Source: Desulfatiglandales bacterium
Lineage (GTDB): Bacteria; Desulfobacterota; DSM-4660; Desulfatiglandales; Desulfatiglandaceae
Assembly (NCBI GenBank): GCA_963666345.1
Contig: OY762721.1
Coordinates: 1,984,001 to 2,048,000 of the forward strand
Reading direction: 5' to 3'
Length of the DNA: 64,000 bases
The notes below the pieces were generated by a model. The model was not told where the DNA came from, ran no database searches, and was given only the letters and a program-made list of their open reading frames with translations. A program made the translations under genes and the position numbers. This document shows, in pieces, positions 18,719-28,486 of this stretch. The first letter of the stretch is position 1, and each line of letters opens with the position of its first letter.

Positions 18719-21100
18719 TTGAAATATAACTGCCGTCTCAATATTAATCTTTTAACGGTCCATCAAATTCAGAGAAAGCAGATAGAGCAATTCCAGATGA
18801 TTTTACCCAAAATACCCATGTTCCCGGATGCTTCCACATTAAAGGAAGGCAAAAGCTTAATCACCCTGGCAGGCAAATGGATCGGCTATTATATCCTGAT
18901 AGGATGCATCGCCGGCCTTGGCGCCGTAGCCTTCCATTACCTCTGCCACCTGGGCAGTTATATTTTCATGGATCAGATGGCCGGGTATCATCCTCCTTCG
19001 CCGGCGGGCGAAATGCCCCTTTTCTCCGACTCCGGCAGGAGCTTCAACAGGTGGATACTGCTGTTTCTTCCGGCGTTCGGTGGCATCATGAGCGGGTGGC
19101 TCGTCTATACGTTCGCACCTGAAGCCGAGGGACACGGTACCGATGCCGCCATTGACGCCTACCATAGCAAGGCGGGATTCATCAGGACCAGGATCCCATT
19201 TATAAAGACCATCGCATCGGCAATAACCATCACATCGGGCGGATCGGGCGGACGAGAGGGACCTATCGCCCAGATAGGAGCGGGATTCGGCTCTTTTCTT
19301 GCGACCAAGCTGAATCTTTCCGATAGAGAACGCCGCATAATGCTTGCCGCGGGCATAGGCGCCGGTGTGGGCAGCATATTTCGCGCCCCCCTGGCGGGTG
19401 CCCTCTTCGCGGCCGAGGTCCTTTACCGCGACCCGGAGTTTGAATCAGAGGTCATTATTCCGGCAGGGATCTCCTCTGTAGTCGCCTACTGCGTGTTCTG
19501 TCTGTTTTTCGGCTGGGGATCGCTCTTTTCATCGGAAGATTTTGTATTTCGGAATCCTCTCGAGCTTGGTCCCTATACTGTACTCGCGTTTGTGCTGGTA
19601 GCCGGTGGTGTCTGCTACATAAAATCCTTTTACGGTATCCAGAAATTATTTAAGGGCATCAGAATCCCGAATCACCTCAAACCCGCAATTGGAGGAATGT
19701 GCACCGGAATCATAGGCTTTTTCCTGCCGCAAACCCTTTCTTTCGGTTACGGATTTGCACAGATGGCCCTTGAAAACCGACTGCCGGTAATCTTTCTTCT
19801 CGGCCTGGCCTTCGGAAAGATCCTGACCACATCTTTTTCTATCGGTTCGGGTGGCAGCGGCGGGGTTTTCGGCCCATCCATCGTAATAGGGGGCGCCCTG
19901 GGAGGTGCGGTCGGAAAGATATTCCATTCCGTCATGCCGCATATAGTCACACAGCCCGGTGCCTTTGTGGTTGTAGGAATGGCGGGGTTTTTCGCTGCGG
20001 TTTCAAACACCCCCATCTCAACGATAATATTCGTGAGCGAGATGACCAATTCCTATCATCTGCTTCTCCCCGGTCTACTTGTCTGCTCCCTGTCATTTCT
20101 GCTTTCAAGAAAATGGACCATCTACATCAAGCAGGTAAAAGGCAGGATTGATTCCGGAGCCCACAAGGGTGACTTTTTTGTGGATGTTCTCGCCTCGATC
20201 AGGGTCAGGGAACTGATGCACAGCCTCAGGAAGGTGGATCTGATATCTGAAAATACCACCCTCAAGCAATTCCGGGATATCTTCCGCGATAGTGAACAGC
20301 ACTATTTCCCGGTTGTGGATAAAAACAGGAGGCTTACGGGATTTTTTTCAATCAACGATATAAGAGGGATAATCTTTGACCAGGAACTGGGCGAGCTGGT
20401 CAGGATGAATGACGTAGCAAAAACCGATATAATTTACACAACCCCCTCGGAAGACCTTAATGAGGTGCTGAAAAAACTCACTGTCCGCAATCTTCAGGCC
20501 GTACCGGTTGTCAAGGAAGATGACCCGCAGACGCTCCTTGGCATGCTCGACCGCCGCGAGGTAATACAGTACTACAACGAGCGAGTCGAAGGAATCAAAT
20601 CGGGACAGAGTGTTGGTGAAGCTATCGTTGATGAAGATATGACCCGGCTGGGAAAAATCATAGTCGCTTCCGCGATGAAAAGCCATGTCAGGACTGTGCG
20701 CGCGGACGCCACGCTTGATGAGCTGGAAGGGTTGATCTATGAATCGAAATTCAGGAGTTTCCCCATGGTCGACTCCAGGGGAAGACTTGAAGGAATCATC
20801 TCTCTTTCAGATATCAAAAAAGCCATGACGAAAAAAGGGGCGTATGTTTCAGCAAAAAATATCGCAACAAGGCAGCTGGTGACGGTTACAAGAAATGACA
20901 CCCTGTTTTCAGCGCTAAACAAGATAAGCAGTGGTGATTACGCGATTCTGCCTGTGGTGGGAGAAAAGGATCCCTCCATCCTGATCGGGGTAATAAGCAG
21001 AAGCAACATAATCGCCTCCTTTAACAGCACAATATCAAAGAAGAGGTCAGGCACGGAAAAACCGGGCAAGGACCTCTTCTTAAAGAACAAATCTATTTGA
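18719..21100 (+). CDS. CLC chloride channel/transporter with two CBS pairs
   Basis: GHGTD, GREGP and GVFGP CLC motifs, then four CBS repeats. True start probably 18798 or 18818. Confidence 0.92.
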   Translation: MKYNCRLNINLLTVHQIQRKQIEQFQMILPKIPMFPDASTLKEGKSLITLAGKWIGYYILIGCIAGLGAVAFHYLCHLGSYIFMDQMAGYHPPSPAGEMPLFSDSGRSFNRWILLFLPAFGGIMSGWLVYTFAPEAEGHGTDAAIDAYHSKAGFIRTRIPFIKTIASAITITSGGSGGREGPIAQIGAGFGSFLATKLNLSDRERRIMLAAGIGAGVGSIFRAPLAGALFAAEVLYRDPEFESEVIIPAGISSVVAYCVFCLFFGWGSLFSSEDFVFRNPLELGPYTVLAFVLVAGGVCYIKSFYGIQKLFKGIRIPNHLKPAIGGMCTGIIGFFLPQTLSFGYGFAQMALENRLPVIFLLGLAFGKILTTSFSIGSGGSGGVFGPSIVIGGALGGAVGKIFHSVMPHIVTQPGAFVVVGMAGFFAAVSNTPISTIIFVSEMTNSYHLLLPGLLVCSLSFLLSRKWTIYIKQVKGRIDSGAHKGDFFVDVLASIRVRELMHSLRKVDLISENTTLKQFRDIFRDSEQHYFPVVDKNRRLTGFFSINDIRGIIFDQELGELVRMNDVAKTDIIYTTPSEDLNEVLKKLTVRNLQAVPVVKEDDPQTLLGMLDRREVIQYYNERVEGIKSGQSVGEAIVDEDMTRLGKIIVASAMKSHVRTVRADATLDELEGLIYESKFRSFPMVDSRGRLEGIISLSDIKKAMTKKGAYVSAKNIATRQLVTVTRNDTLFSALNKISSGDYAILPVVGEKDPSILIGVISRSNIIASFNSTISKKRSGTEKPGKDLFLKNKSI

Positions 21101-21968
21101 GCGTCTTGAGTTTGGCCTCTGCTATCTTGGCCTCGCTTGTCTTGGGGTAATTCTTAATTATCTTTTTTAAGAGGAGTTTCGCGCTTATCTTGTCTTTTAT
21201 TTCGTAAAACGCCAGGGCCTGCCTCAACATCGCATTCGGCACCTTGTTGCCCTTGGGATATTGTTTGATCACCTTCTGGTATGCCAGGATCGCCTGCTCA
21301 TATTGTGACAGAGACATGAATGATTCACCGATCCAGAACTGGGCGTTGTCGGCCAGTTTGGAGTCGGGATGCCTCTTCAAAAACAGTGTGAAGCCTGCCA
21401 GGGCCTCGTCATATTTCCCCTCTTTGTAGGTCTTAAGGGTATCCTCATAGAGCCGTTCGTCAGGAGGCACCATCTTCTCCTCCTTGTTTTCCGGCTCAAC
21501 AGGTTTAACCGTAGCATTTTCAGAGTCAGGCCTTTGAACGGAAGTACCGGGAGGAGATCCAAGCCGCAGGTGCCCACGAAGCTCTTTAATGCTTTTCTCA
21601 AGCTCTACCAATTTGGCCTTCATAAGATCCTGTTCGGTCGTATCCCTTTCCACCGTTCGCCTGACAAGCTGATTGTTTTCTTCCATCCGGCTGTCAAGTC
21701 CCTGCATCGACTGTCTTATAGCATCGATTTCCTGGCTCATCCCCGCCTGGCTCTCCGTCATGGAGGAGAACCTCGATTCGAGGCCTGATTTGAGCTGATC
21801 GTCAACCGAACCCTCCAGTGTGCCCACCCTTTTGTTTAATGCCGTTACCTGATCGTTCAGATAAAGGATATCTTCCTGCATGGTCACGCAGGAAGTAAGC
21901 AGTAGAAGGGAAAACAGGATAAATCCCGGTTTCAAGATATTCATGAGGTTATATAAGTATGTTTTCAT
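21093..21968 (-). CDS. cpoB: Tol-Pal protein YbgF/CpoB
   Basis: Lipobox LTSC, coiled coil, TPR (LADNAQFWIGE, YPKGNKVPNAML); follows pal. Confidence 0.92.
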   Translation of the reverse strand: MKTYLYNLMNILKPGFILFSLLLLTSCVTMQEDILYLNDQVTALNKRVGTLEGSVDDQLKSGLESRFSSMTESQAGMSQEIDAIRQSMQGLDSRMEENNQLVRRTVERDTTEQDLMKAKLVELEKSIKELRGHLRLGSPPGTSVQRPDSENATVKPVEPENKEEKMVPPDERLYEDTLKTYKEGKYDEALAGFTLFLKRHPDSKLADNAQFWIGESFMSLSQYEQAILAYQKVIKQYPKGNKVPNAMLRQALAFYEIKDKISAKLLLKKIIKNYPKTSEAKIAEAKLKTLK

Positions 21969-21989
21969 CTTAATAGACCACCCAAAATA

Positions 21990-22023
21990 AATGAGCCGAC
22001 CTTTGAGACAGGGTCGGCTCGTT
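21990..22023 (-). terminator. Hairpin just upstream of cpoB (possible pal terminator)
   Basis: GAGCCGACC...GGTCGGCTC followed by a T-rich tract on the minus strand. Confidence 0.5.
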
Positions 22024-22273
22024 AATGTTGATTCTTTAATCTGTCCACTTCCGCCCGCCCCTCCGCATATTCAAAGGGCCAAAGCGCTCCGGATTCAAAA
22101 AGACCTTGAACTCCATAAATATACCCGACTAAAACATGTGCCCCCTTGGAATTATTAATTCACCCCGGTTTGGGATCCGGCCTCACAGACCCGTTACCGG
22201 TTCGAATGCGGGAGGCAAAGGGATGAGCGCAAATGGCGGCACATATCCGAAGATCGTTTCAGGAATCCAAGAC

Positions 22274-22861
22274 CTACTTTTTGATCAACCTGAATTCATC
22301 CCGCCTGTTTTTGGCCCAGGCCGCGTCGTTGTGACCCTGATCGGCAGGCTGTTCTTCCCCATAACTGATCGTCGACATCCTGTCCCCGGAGATGCCTAGG
22401 GCGTTGAGGTACTTCCACGCCGCCACAGCCCTTCTTTCACCCAGGGCCACATTGTATTCACTTGTGCCCCTTTCGTCACAATGCCCTTCTATCTTAAGGG
22501 AATATGAAGGGTTCTGCCTCAACCAGTCAGCCTTCTTTTTGAGTACGGACCTTGCCTCGGCCTTCAGATCGGACCTGTCAAAATCAAAGTAGATCTTTTC
22601 TGCCTGGAAATGCCGGATTTCTGTTTTGAGCTGCTGGCGCTGCTGCAACTCCCGAAGCATTTTCTGCCGCTCCGCCTCTTTCTTTGCCCGGTATGCCTCA
22701 TTTTCCGCTGTAAGATCGCTTCCCGTATCTTCAGCCTTTACCTCTGCGGCTTTTGTCTCTTCAGACACCCGGACCTGTTTTTTCGCACAGGATGTCAGAA
22801 AAAGAAAGGATGAACATACAAAAGCCAGGACGAAAAAGCCGGTCATCATTTTTTTCAACAT
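22274..22861 (-). CDS. pal: Peptidoglycan-associated lipoprotein
   Basis: Lipobox LTSC; IYFDFD, IEGHCDERGT.EYN.ALGERRA, NRRDEF. Confidence 0.96.
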   Translation of the reverse strand: MLKKMMTGFFVLAFVCSSFLFLTSCAKKQVRVSEETKAAEVKAEDTGSDLTAENEAYRAKKEAERQKMLRELQQRQQLKTEIRHFQAEKIYFDFDRSDLKAEARSVLKKKADWLRQNPSYSLKIEGHCDERGTSEYNVALGERRAVAAWKYLNALGISGDRMSTISYGEEQPADQGHNDAAWAKNRRDEFRLIKK

Positions 22862-23121
22862 TATCCCCTTACCTCCTGAATATTAGATTTTTAAAGAACC
22901 ATTATAGGTCGTCTTAAATAACAAGTAAACAATTTCCATTTCTATCAGGCTGTTGTGTTCTCAAGTAAAAAAAATCCAAAATTCTCCGAGCAAAAATGCC
23001 TCCAGACAAAAATTTTTAACATTTCCTGCTTACTATTTCAAGGCTTTAGATCGGTTAAACTGCTTTTAAGAAAGGTGCCCCTCCTAATCAGCCGGAGAAC
23101 AGTGCCCGAGGATTCGAGGAA

Positions 23122-23290
23122 TCAAGGATTCAAGGGTTTGTTTTCTAAAGACTTTATCCTCGCTTTTAATATTCATTTGATCTGTGATTAATCCTTCATC
23201 ACTTGAAAATTTCGGCTTTCCCCTATATGTATTTTAATATAATTCGAATTATTTCTGCCAAAGCTTCAATTATTTATATTTCTTCTGCAG
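23122..23290 (-). pseudogene. Internally deleted four-helix-bundle (23S rRNA IVP/S23-like) gene relic
   Basis: Reads KKYK*LKLWQK... and ends ILKARIKSLENKPLNP*, followed by octamer repeats. Confidence 0.6.
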
Positions 23291-23389
23291 TTAACTTGAA
23301 AATGCGAAACCTCAGGATTCCCATATGCCAGGTTGCAGATAATCCATGAAAAAGACACTGCGCCCCCGGAGGAAGGTGCCTGAAAAATC

Positions 23390-24700
23390 TCAGGGGGCCC
23401 AGGATGGAGAGGTCTGATCACCTTTCATATGGGTGATTCTCCTCCTGTTTTTCCCATAGGCATTCATGCAGTAGAGATGATAATTGCCCTCTCTGTTTGA
23501 GCTGTACACGATGTATCTTCCGTCAGGGGACCAGCAGGGATCTTCATTATTGCCATGGTTACCGGTCAATCTTCTAAGGCCTCCGCCGTCAGGCTCTATT
23601 GTGAAGACGTCGAAACGTCCCCTGTTCATGGATACAAACGCTATTCTGTTGGTGCTCGACCAGGCGGGTGAGGTATTGTAATTGCCTTCAAAGGTTAGCC
23701 GCTCCTCCTTGCCGCTTGTCAGGTCGAATATATAGAGCTGAGGAGAACCCGACCTGTTTGAAACGAAGACCATCCTGTTCCCGTCGGGAGAAAACGCAGG
23801 GGACATATCTATGCCCCACTGATTGGTAACGCGATCAAGGATCTTTCCTTTAAGGCCTATGATAAAAATATCCTGGTTCCCTTTCGGGCTCAGTGTGAGG
23901 GCGATCTTGCTTCCGTCAGGCGACCAGCAGGCCCCGATATTGAGACCCTTCCGGGAGGAAATGAGTTTTTCCGAATTACTCGAGAAGGTTTTCATATAGA
24001 GCATCGGCCCGCCCCCGCCCTTATAGGAATTAAAGAGGAGCCTTTTCCCGTCAGGCGACCAGCGGGGCAGAAGCGCGATACTCCCGTCATCGGTTATCCG
24101 ATCCGTATTGTGACCGTCATAGTCCGAAACATAGATCTCCTTATGACCCGTTGAATTTCCCACAAAGGCCAGTTTTGTCAGACACACCCCTTCATAGCCC
24201 GTCAGTTTTCGGATAATTTCGTTTCCCAATCTGTGCATGAGCCGCCTGAAATTTTTCCTGTCTCCCAAAAGCCTCTTACCCAGTATCTGTTTCCCCCAGA
24301 ATACGTCAAAGAGCCTTATCTCCACCTCCAGACTGTTGCCGATGCATGTATAGCTCCCCTTCACGAGCAGCTCGGAGCCGATGACGGACCAGTCTTTGAA
24401 GCGAATGGTTTCAAGTGTGAGGGCGGAGGGATCCTCTTCAAGAAATGCCTCCTTATCTATCGGGCTGAAGTAGCCGCTCAGATCAAGATCACTTGAAAGG
24501 ACTTCAGGGAGCGCCGAAGCCATCTCCTGGTATTGATTTTGAGGGGTGTTGTTTTTGAAATCAGGCAGGGCCACATTGAATTTTCTGACGGAAGGGGCGT
24601 TTATATCGATAAAAATCTTTGCAAAGGACTGGGACGGTAGAATGGATAAAATCAAAAAAAGGGAAAAGACGAATATTGAAGATCTGCGATTTATAATCAT
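23390..24700 (-). CDS. tolB: Tol-Pal beta-propeller protein
   Basis: TolB N-domain plus repeated WSPDG/FSPDG (PD40) motifs. Confidence 0.95.
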   Translation of the reverse strand: MIINRRSSIFVFSLFLILSILPSQSFAKIFIDINAPSVRKFNVALPDFKNNTPQNQYQEMASALPEVLSSDLDLSGYFSPIDKEAFLEEDPSALTLETIRFKDWSVIGSELLVKGSYTCIGNSLEVEIRLFDVFWGKQILGKRLLGDRKNFRRLMHRLGNEIIRKLTGYEGVCLTKLAFVGNSTGHKEIYVSDYDGHNTDRITDDGSIALLPRWSPDGKRLLFNSYKGGGGPMLYMKTFSSNSEKLISSRKGLNIGACWSPDGSKIALTLSPKGNQDIFIIGLKGKILDRVTNQWGIDMSPAFSPDGNRMVFVSNRSGSPQLYIFDLTSGKEERLTFEGNYNTSPAWSSTNRIAFVSMNRGRFDVFTIEPDGGGLRRLTGNHGNNEDPCWSPDGRYIVYSSNREGNYHLYCMNAYGKNRRRITHMKGDQTSPSWAP

Positions 24701-24722
24701 AGGGTCTGATAGCCTCCAGGTT

Positions 24723-25610
24723 TTATTCCGCTTCGAGATCCCTGAGGTTAAAATTTATTTCCAGTTCATCACGGCTCTTTCGATAACCCTCAGGGAACGG
24801 CGGCAGGGGATCGGATCGCTCAACCGCCTTAAGGACCGATTGATCAAACATTGCATTTGAAGACCTTTTTGTCAGAGAAAAATCGAGGATGGTCCCGTCG
24901 TTTCTCACCTGGACAAGGACAATCGCTTCAATATCCTTATCCTTTTTGGGATTTGCCAGATCAACCGGATATGCCCAGTTACCCTTGATCTTTTCCTCCA
25001 CGCTCATCTGGTACCATCTGAAACTGATACCGCTCAAACTCCCGCCGCCCGGGCCTCCGGATTCGGCCTCCTTGCTATTCTCAAGCTTGGCCACGGCCCG
25101 GCCGATGTGATCGACCTCCTGCTTTTCCACATTCTTTTCGATCCTTGAAACCGCATCTTCTATCAGGTTGGTATCCTTTTTTTTCGCGTCAACCTCTTTC
25201 CTGATCTTTGACACGGCCTTATCGATCATCTTTGTAGGCGAAACCTTCGGTTTTTCTTTGCCGGCGGCCTTGCTTTCCACGACCCTTTTCGCGATCACCA
25301 CAGGTTTTTCTTTAACCGTCGGGACCGTTATCCGCTTTGCCGGAACAGGAACGGCCTTCTTCCTGGGAGAGGGCTTTACCGCCCGGGCCTTTTTTGCGCT
25401 CACCACCTTGGCAGGCCTGGACGCAGCGGGCATTTCCACCAGATTAACCTCGTAAACCGGCCCCGATATTCTGCGTGTGGGCATGGATTCCGGGACAAAT
25501 ACGACAGCCGAGAACAGGAAAAGATGGAAGACCACGGATGCAATAAGCATCTTGTTCCAGTTCGGATCCCCAAGGCTGCCGGTATTTGAAGAACCCCAAA
25601 CGGCCTGCAT
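24723..25610 (-). CDS. tolA: TolA/TonB-like energy transducer
   Basis: TM helix with SVVFH, Lys/Pro/Ala-rich linker, C-terminal SSNAMFDQSVLKAV; position within the tol operon. Confidence 0.85.
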   Translation of the reverse strand: MQAVWGSSNTGSLGDPNWNKMLIASVVFHLFLFSAVVFVPESMPTRRISGPVYEVNLVEMPAASRPAKVVSAKKARAVKPSPRKKAVPVPAKRITVPTVKEKPVVIAKRVVESKAAGKEKPKVSPTKMIDKAVSKIRKEVDAKKKDTNLIEDAVSRIEKNVEKQEVDHIGRAVAKLENSKEAESGGPGGGSLSGISFRWYQMSVEEKIKGNWAYPVDLANPKKDKDIEAIVLVQVRNDGTILDFSLTKRSSNAMFDQSVLKAVERSDPLPPFPEGYRKSRDELEINFNLRDLEAE

Positions 25611-25615
25611 AAGAT

Positions 25616-26017
25616 CTAATCCTCAGGTTGGGTGACCATGCCAAGGTTATCGATACCCGCTCTTTTTACCCCTGCTATCACCTTTATGACAAAACCGTAG
25701 GGCACATCCTTGTCGGCCCTTAAAAGGACCTGTTTTTCCCTTCTGTTTTCAAAGATCTTCTTTACCTTTGCCTCAAGATTCTTGAGACTGATCTTATGAT
25801 TTTCGATGAAGATCTCTCTATTCTTTTTCACCGTGAGCATCAGCGGTTCCTGTTTTGTCTTTATGTTCTTGGTGGTAGTCTTGGGAAGTGTTACATCCAC
25901 CCCCTGCGTCATCATTGGAGCGGCCACCATGAATATTATAAGCAGAACCAGCATCACATCCACAAGGGGTGTGACGTTGATTTCAGACATCAGTTTTCTG
26001 TCTCGGGAACTTTTCAT
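25616..26017 (-). CDS. tolR: TolR
   Basis: SEINVTPLVDVMLVLLIIFMV; LRADKDVPYG. Confidence 0.93.
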   Translation of the reverse strand: MKSSRDRKLMSEINVTPLVDVMLVLLIIFMVAAPMMTQGVDVTLPKTTTKNIKTKQEPLMLTVKKNREIFIENHKISLKNLEAKVKKIFENRREKQVLLRADKDVPYGFVIKVIAGVKRAGIDNLGMVTQPED

Positions 26018-26249
26018 ATTTAAGCGGCTTTATCCGTATTCAAGTAACGTCCGTAACTGTTTTATTTTACCTGATGTTTATGCTGAGATCAAATCATGTA
26101 TCGCCACCCTAAATCCACCATCCGGTTAACACATAATCAATCATGACTTGGGATTTTGACTTCCCGGTTACCGGCAAGCTGTTAGATGCAGGGCACTGAG
26201 GCCTATAACCTCATTACCTCCGGTGGCTCAGGGAGAAAGGCCTCAGCCC

Positions 26250-27047
26250 CTAGTTGGATGCGTTTGTTATTATATGCTCCTTAAAGAACTGCCTTTCAAC
26301 CATGCTTGTAAAATCGGACGCGAATATATCCATATCGCCCTTGAGTTCCCATATCTTATTGCTGAAATAGTTAAAGGCCACGACAGCCGGTATGGCGGCG
26401 GCCAGCCCGGCGGCGGTTGCGATAAGCGCCTCTGAGATACCGGGGGCCACGACAGCAAGGTTTGCCGAACCTTTGAGGCCTATGCCTCTGAAAGACTCCA
26501 TAATCCCCCAAACCGTTCCGAAAAGACCGATAAATGGAGCGGTATTCCCTGTGGTTGCAAGAAAGGTCAGAGCGCTTTCAAGCCTGTTGCCCTGATCCAT
26601 ACTTGATTTTTTCAGCGTTCTCTCAAGGTTGTCCATTATGGTATTCTTTGACTGGGTAAGGCCGTCTCCCCAGCTCAGGTCACCCGTATCCGGTGATTCA
26701 GAGGACCCCTGTATCCTGCGCATCCTGCTGAACTCTCCATAACCTGACCGGAATACATTTGCAACGGGACTTGATTCAAGGCTCTTGGACTCCATGTAGA
26801 TTCTTTTCAGGCCTCTGCTTCCCCAGTAGATCTCCATAAATTTCGCATTCTGCCTTTTTGCCTTTCTCACAAGCCGCCATTTAAAAAATATGATCGTCCA
26901 GGATATAACGGAAAATACGAAAAGGACAAAAAGGACAAATTTGACCATCAGGCCCGCATGTATGATCATTTGAACGATATCATGCCCAAAGGCGCTTTGC
27001 ATGGACAGACCGGTTATTACATGCGTGAAAAAAGGGATATCTATCAT
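26250..27047 (-). CDS. tolQ: TolQ
   Basis: APFIGLFGTVWGIM...VAPGISEALIATAAGL.AAIPA. Confidence 0.95.
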   Translation of the reverse strand: MIDIPFFTHVITGLSMQSAFGHDIVQMIIHAGLMVKFVLFVLFVFSVISWTIIFFKWRLVRKAKRQNAKFMEIYWGSRGLKRIYMESKSLESSPVANVFRSGYGEFSRMRRIQGSSESPDTGDLSWGDGLTQSKNTIMDNLERTLKKSSMDQGNRLESALTFLATTGNTAPFIGLFGTVWGIMESFRGIGLKGSANLAVVAPGISEALIATAAGLAAAIPAVVAFNYFSNKIWELKGDMDIFASDFTSMVERQFFKEHIITNASN

Positions 27048-27422
27048 TAATCACCTCACATGATGTTTCTGTGGATTCAAGTCAAAAAAGGGCCTCCGAC
27101 CTGTATCTTTGCCGGAAAGGCTCCGTGGGTCAAGGATAGAATCTTTCTATAATGAGATCGCTCAGCTTTCAAGCACAATTTGATTTCAGGAAAAATAAAC
27201 ATGCCTCCTGCTGTTCAGCCGGTCTTTATCCTTCGTGAGATTATAAGGCAACTTGGTGATTTGTGATAAGTTATGGGTAGATTTGTCTGTCTTTAATGTG
27301 TAAGGGGCCGAGGGGTCGGGGGGCCGAGGGAAAAACAGATAAACCTTACACTATTTGAGTAATCTGAGAAATATCTGATGTTTGAATATTATCAGGGCGT
27401 TGAAAAGAAAACCGACCACTAG

Positions 27423-27527
27423 CCTTTGCAAGAGCAGTAAGAGCTATTCCCAAGGGAGTATCGCCCTGGAAAAAACATCCTGTCTTGTCCTGTTGTTCAA
27501 GTGAACGCAGTGAACGGGCGGTTAAAA
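27423..27527 (+). repeat. Diverged family A element
   Basis: CCTTTGC...TCAAGTGAACGCAGTGAACGGGCGGTTAAAAGAAAGGG; the upstream ~100 bp is homologous to 16185-16284. Confidence 0.7.
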
Positions 27528-27575
27528 GAAAGGGGCCGAGTGAAACATAGGCCTTTTATTTGAAAGTGTCCCCTG

Positions 27576-28118
27576 TCAGGACGCGGCCTCATTTTGATTC
27601 CCGGCACTACACGCACTCAGATTCAAAGAACTGACTATGAAGTCAGCCACTGCCTCCGCCTGATCAAGGCCGAAGCAGGGGACCTCCGTATCCGGGACGC
27701 TGTCGGAGACCATCGCCATCAGATACTCGTCGTTACCACAGACAGGCCTTTCGCTTATCTCCCGCCTGAAGACCTCTATCTTGTTTATCTTGGCCCGTTT
27801 ATAACCTTCCGCGATGATAATATCCACATCAGGGAAAAACTCCGCCAGTTCATCGGGCCGGCGGTCACAGTCCGTATCCCTTACCATCCCTATTTGAAAC
27901 GGTGAGGCCACCAGAGAGACCCTTGCGCCCGCCTTTTTGAGCCTCCAGCTGTCCTTGCCCGGGATGTCCATGTCAAAACCGTGAGAGTCATGCTTTATAG
28001 TCCCCACCACGAAACCCTTTGCGACAAGACAGGGAATAAGCTTTTCCAGGAATGTGGTTTTCCCGCTTCCGGATGAACCTACTAGTGAAACAACCGGCGG
28101 ATCAGTCAACATCTTCAT
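27576..28118 (-). CDS. mobB: Molybdopterin-guanine dinucleotide biosynthesis protein B
   Basis: GSSGSGKTT, IKHDSHGFDMDIPGKDSWR, EGYK. Confidence 0.93.
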   Translation of the reverse strand: MKMLTDPPVVSLVGSSGSGKTTFLEKLIPCLVAKGFVVGTIKHDSHGFDMDIPGKDSWRLKKAGARVSLVASPFQIGMVRDTDCDRRPDELAEFFPDVDIIIAEGYKRAKINKIEVFRREISERPVCGNDEYLMAMVSDSVPDTEVPCFGLDQAEAVADFIVSSLNLSACSAGNQNEAAS

Positions 28119-28476
28119 TTCTTGAACTTCCCTGCTCTTGCGGCCCCGGGCCGAATATGCTGTTGAACAACTCATTTTCCGTCTCAAGGCACCTCTTTTT
28201 AAAAAACCTGTATTTTTCCAAAAGCTCTTTGCCCTCTCTGGTCAGGGATGAACCGCTTCGTCTGTCCGTATCCACGATCCTGAAGTTCAGATATTTTTCA
28301 GTGGCCTTGATCTTTCCCCATACGCCCTTGTATGACATCTTCATCAGCTTGGAGGTTTTGTTTATGGAACCGGTTCTTTCAATATTATCGAGGATTTCCA
28401 TCCTCCCCTCACCCATTATGATCCGGCCGTTTTTATCCACTATCCATTGCCTTGATTTCAGATCAAAAAAGATCAT
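28102..28476 (-). CDS. ModE-like winged-helix regulator (no TOBE domains)
   Basis: MGEGRMEIL...TGSINKTSKLMKMSYKGVWGKIK...GSSLTREG; AGGAGG RBS. Confidence 0.85.
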   Translation of the reverse strand: MIFFDLKSRQWIVDKNGRIIMGEGRMEILDNIERTGSINKTSKLMKMSYKGVWGKIKATEKYLNFRIVDTDRRSGSSLTREGKELLEKYRFFKKRCLETENELFNSIFGPGPQEQGSSRNEDVD

Positions 28477-28486
28477 ACGCCTCCTC

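Noticed and set aside
18220..18800. Fluoride riboswitch upstream of the CLC gene
   Set aside because: No GGCGATGG..TCGCC-like motif seen, and neither CLC has the CLC-F GNNL signature.
18488..27124. 16-bp match GGAGCCTTTCCGGCAA near 18488 (+) and 27109-27124 (-)
   Set aside because: About one such match is expected by chance in 64 kb, and the flanks do not extend it.
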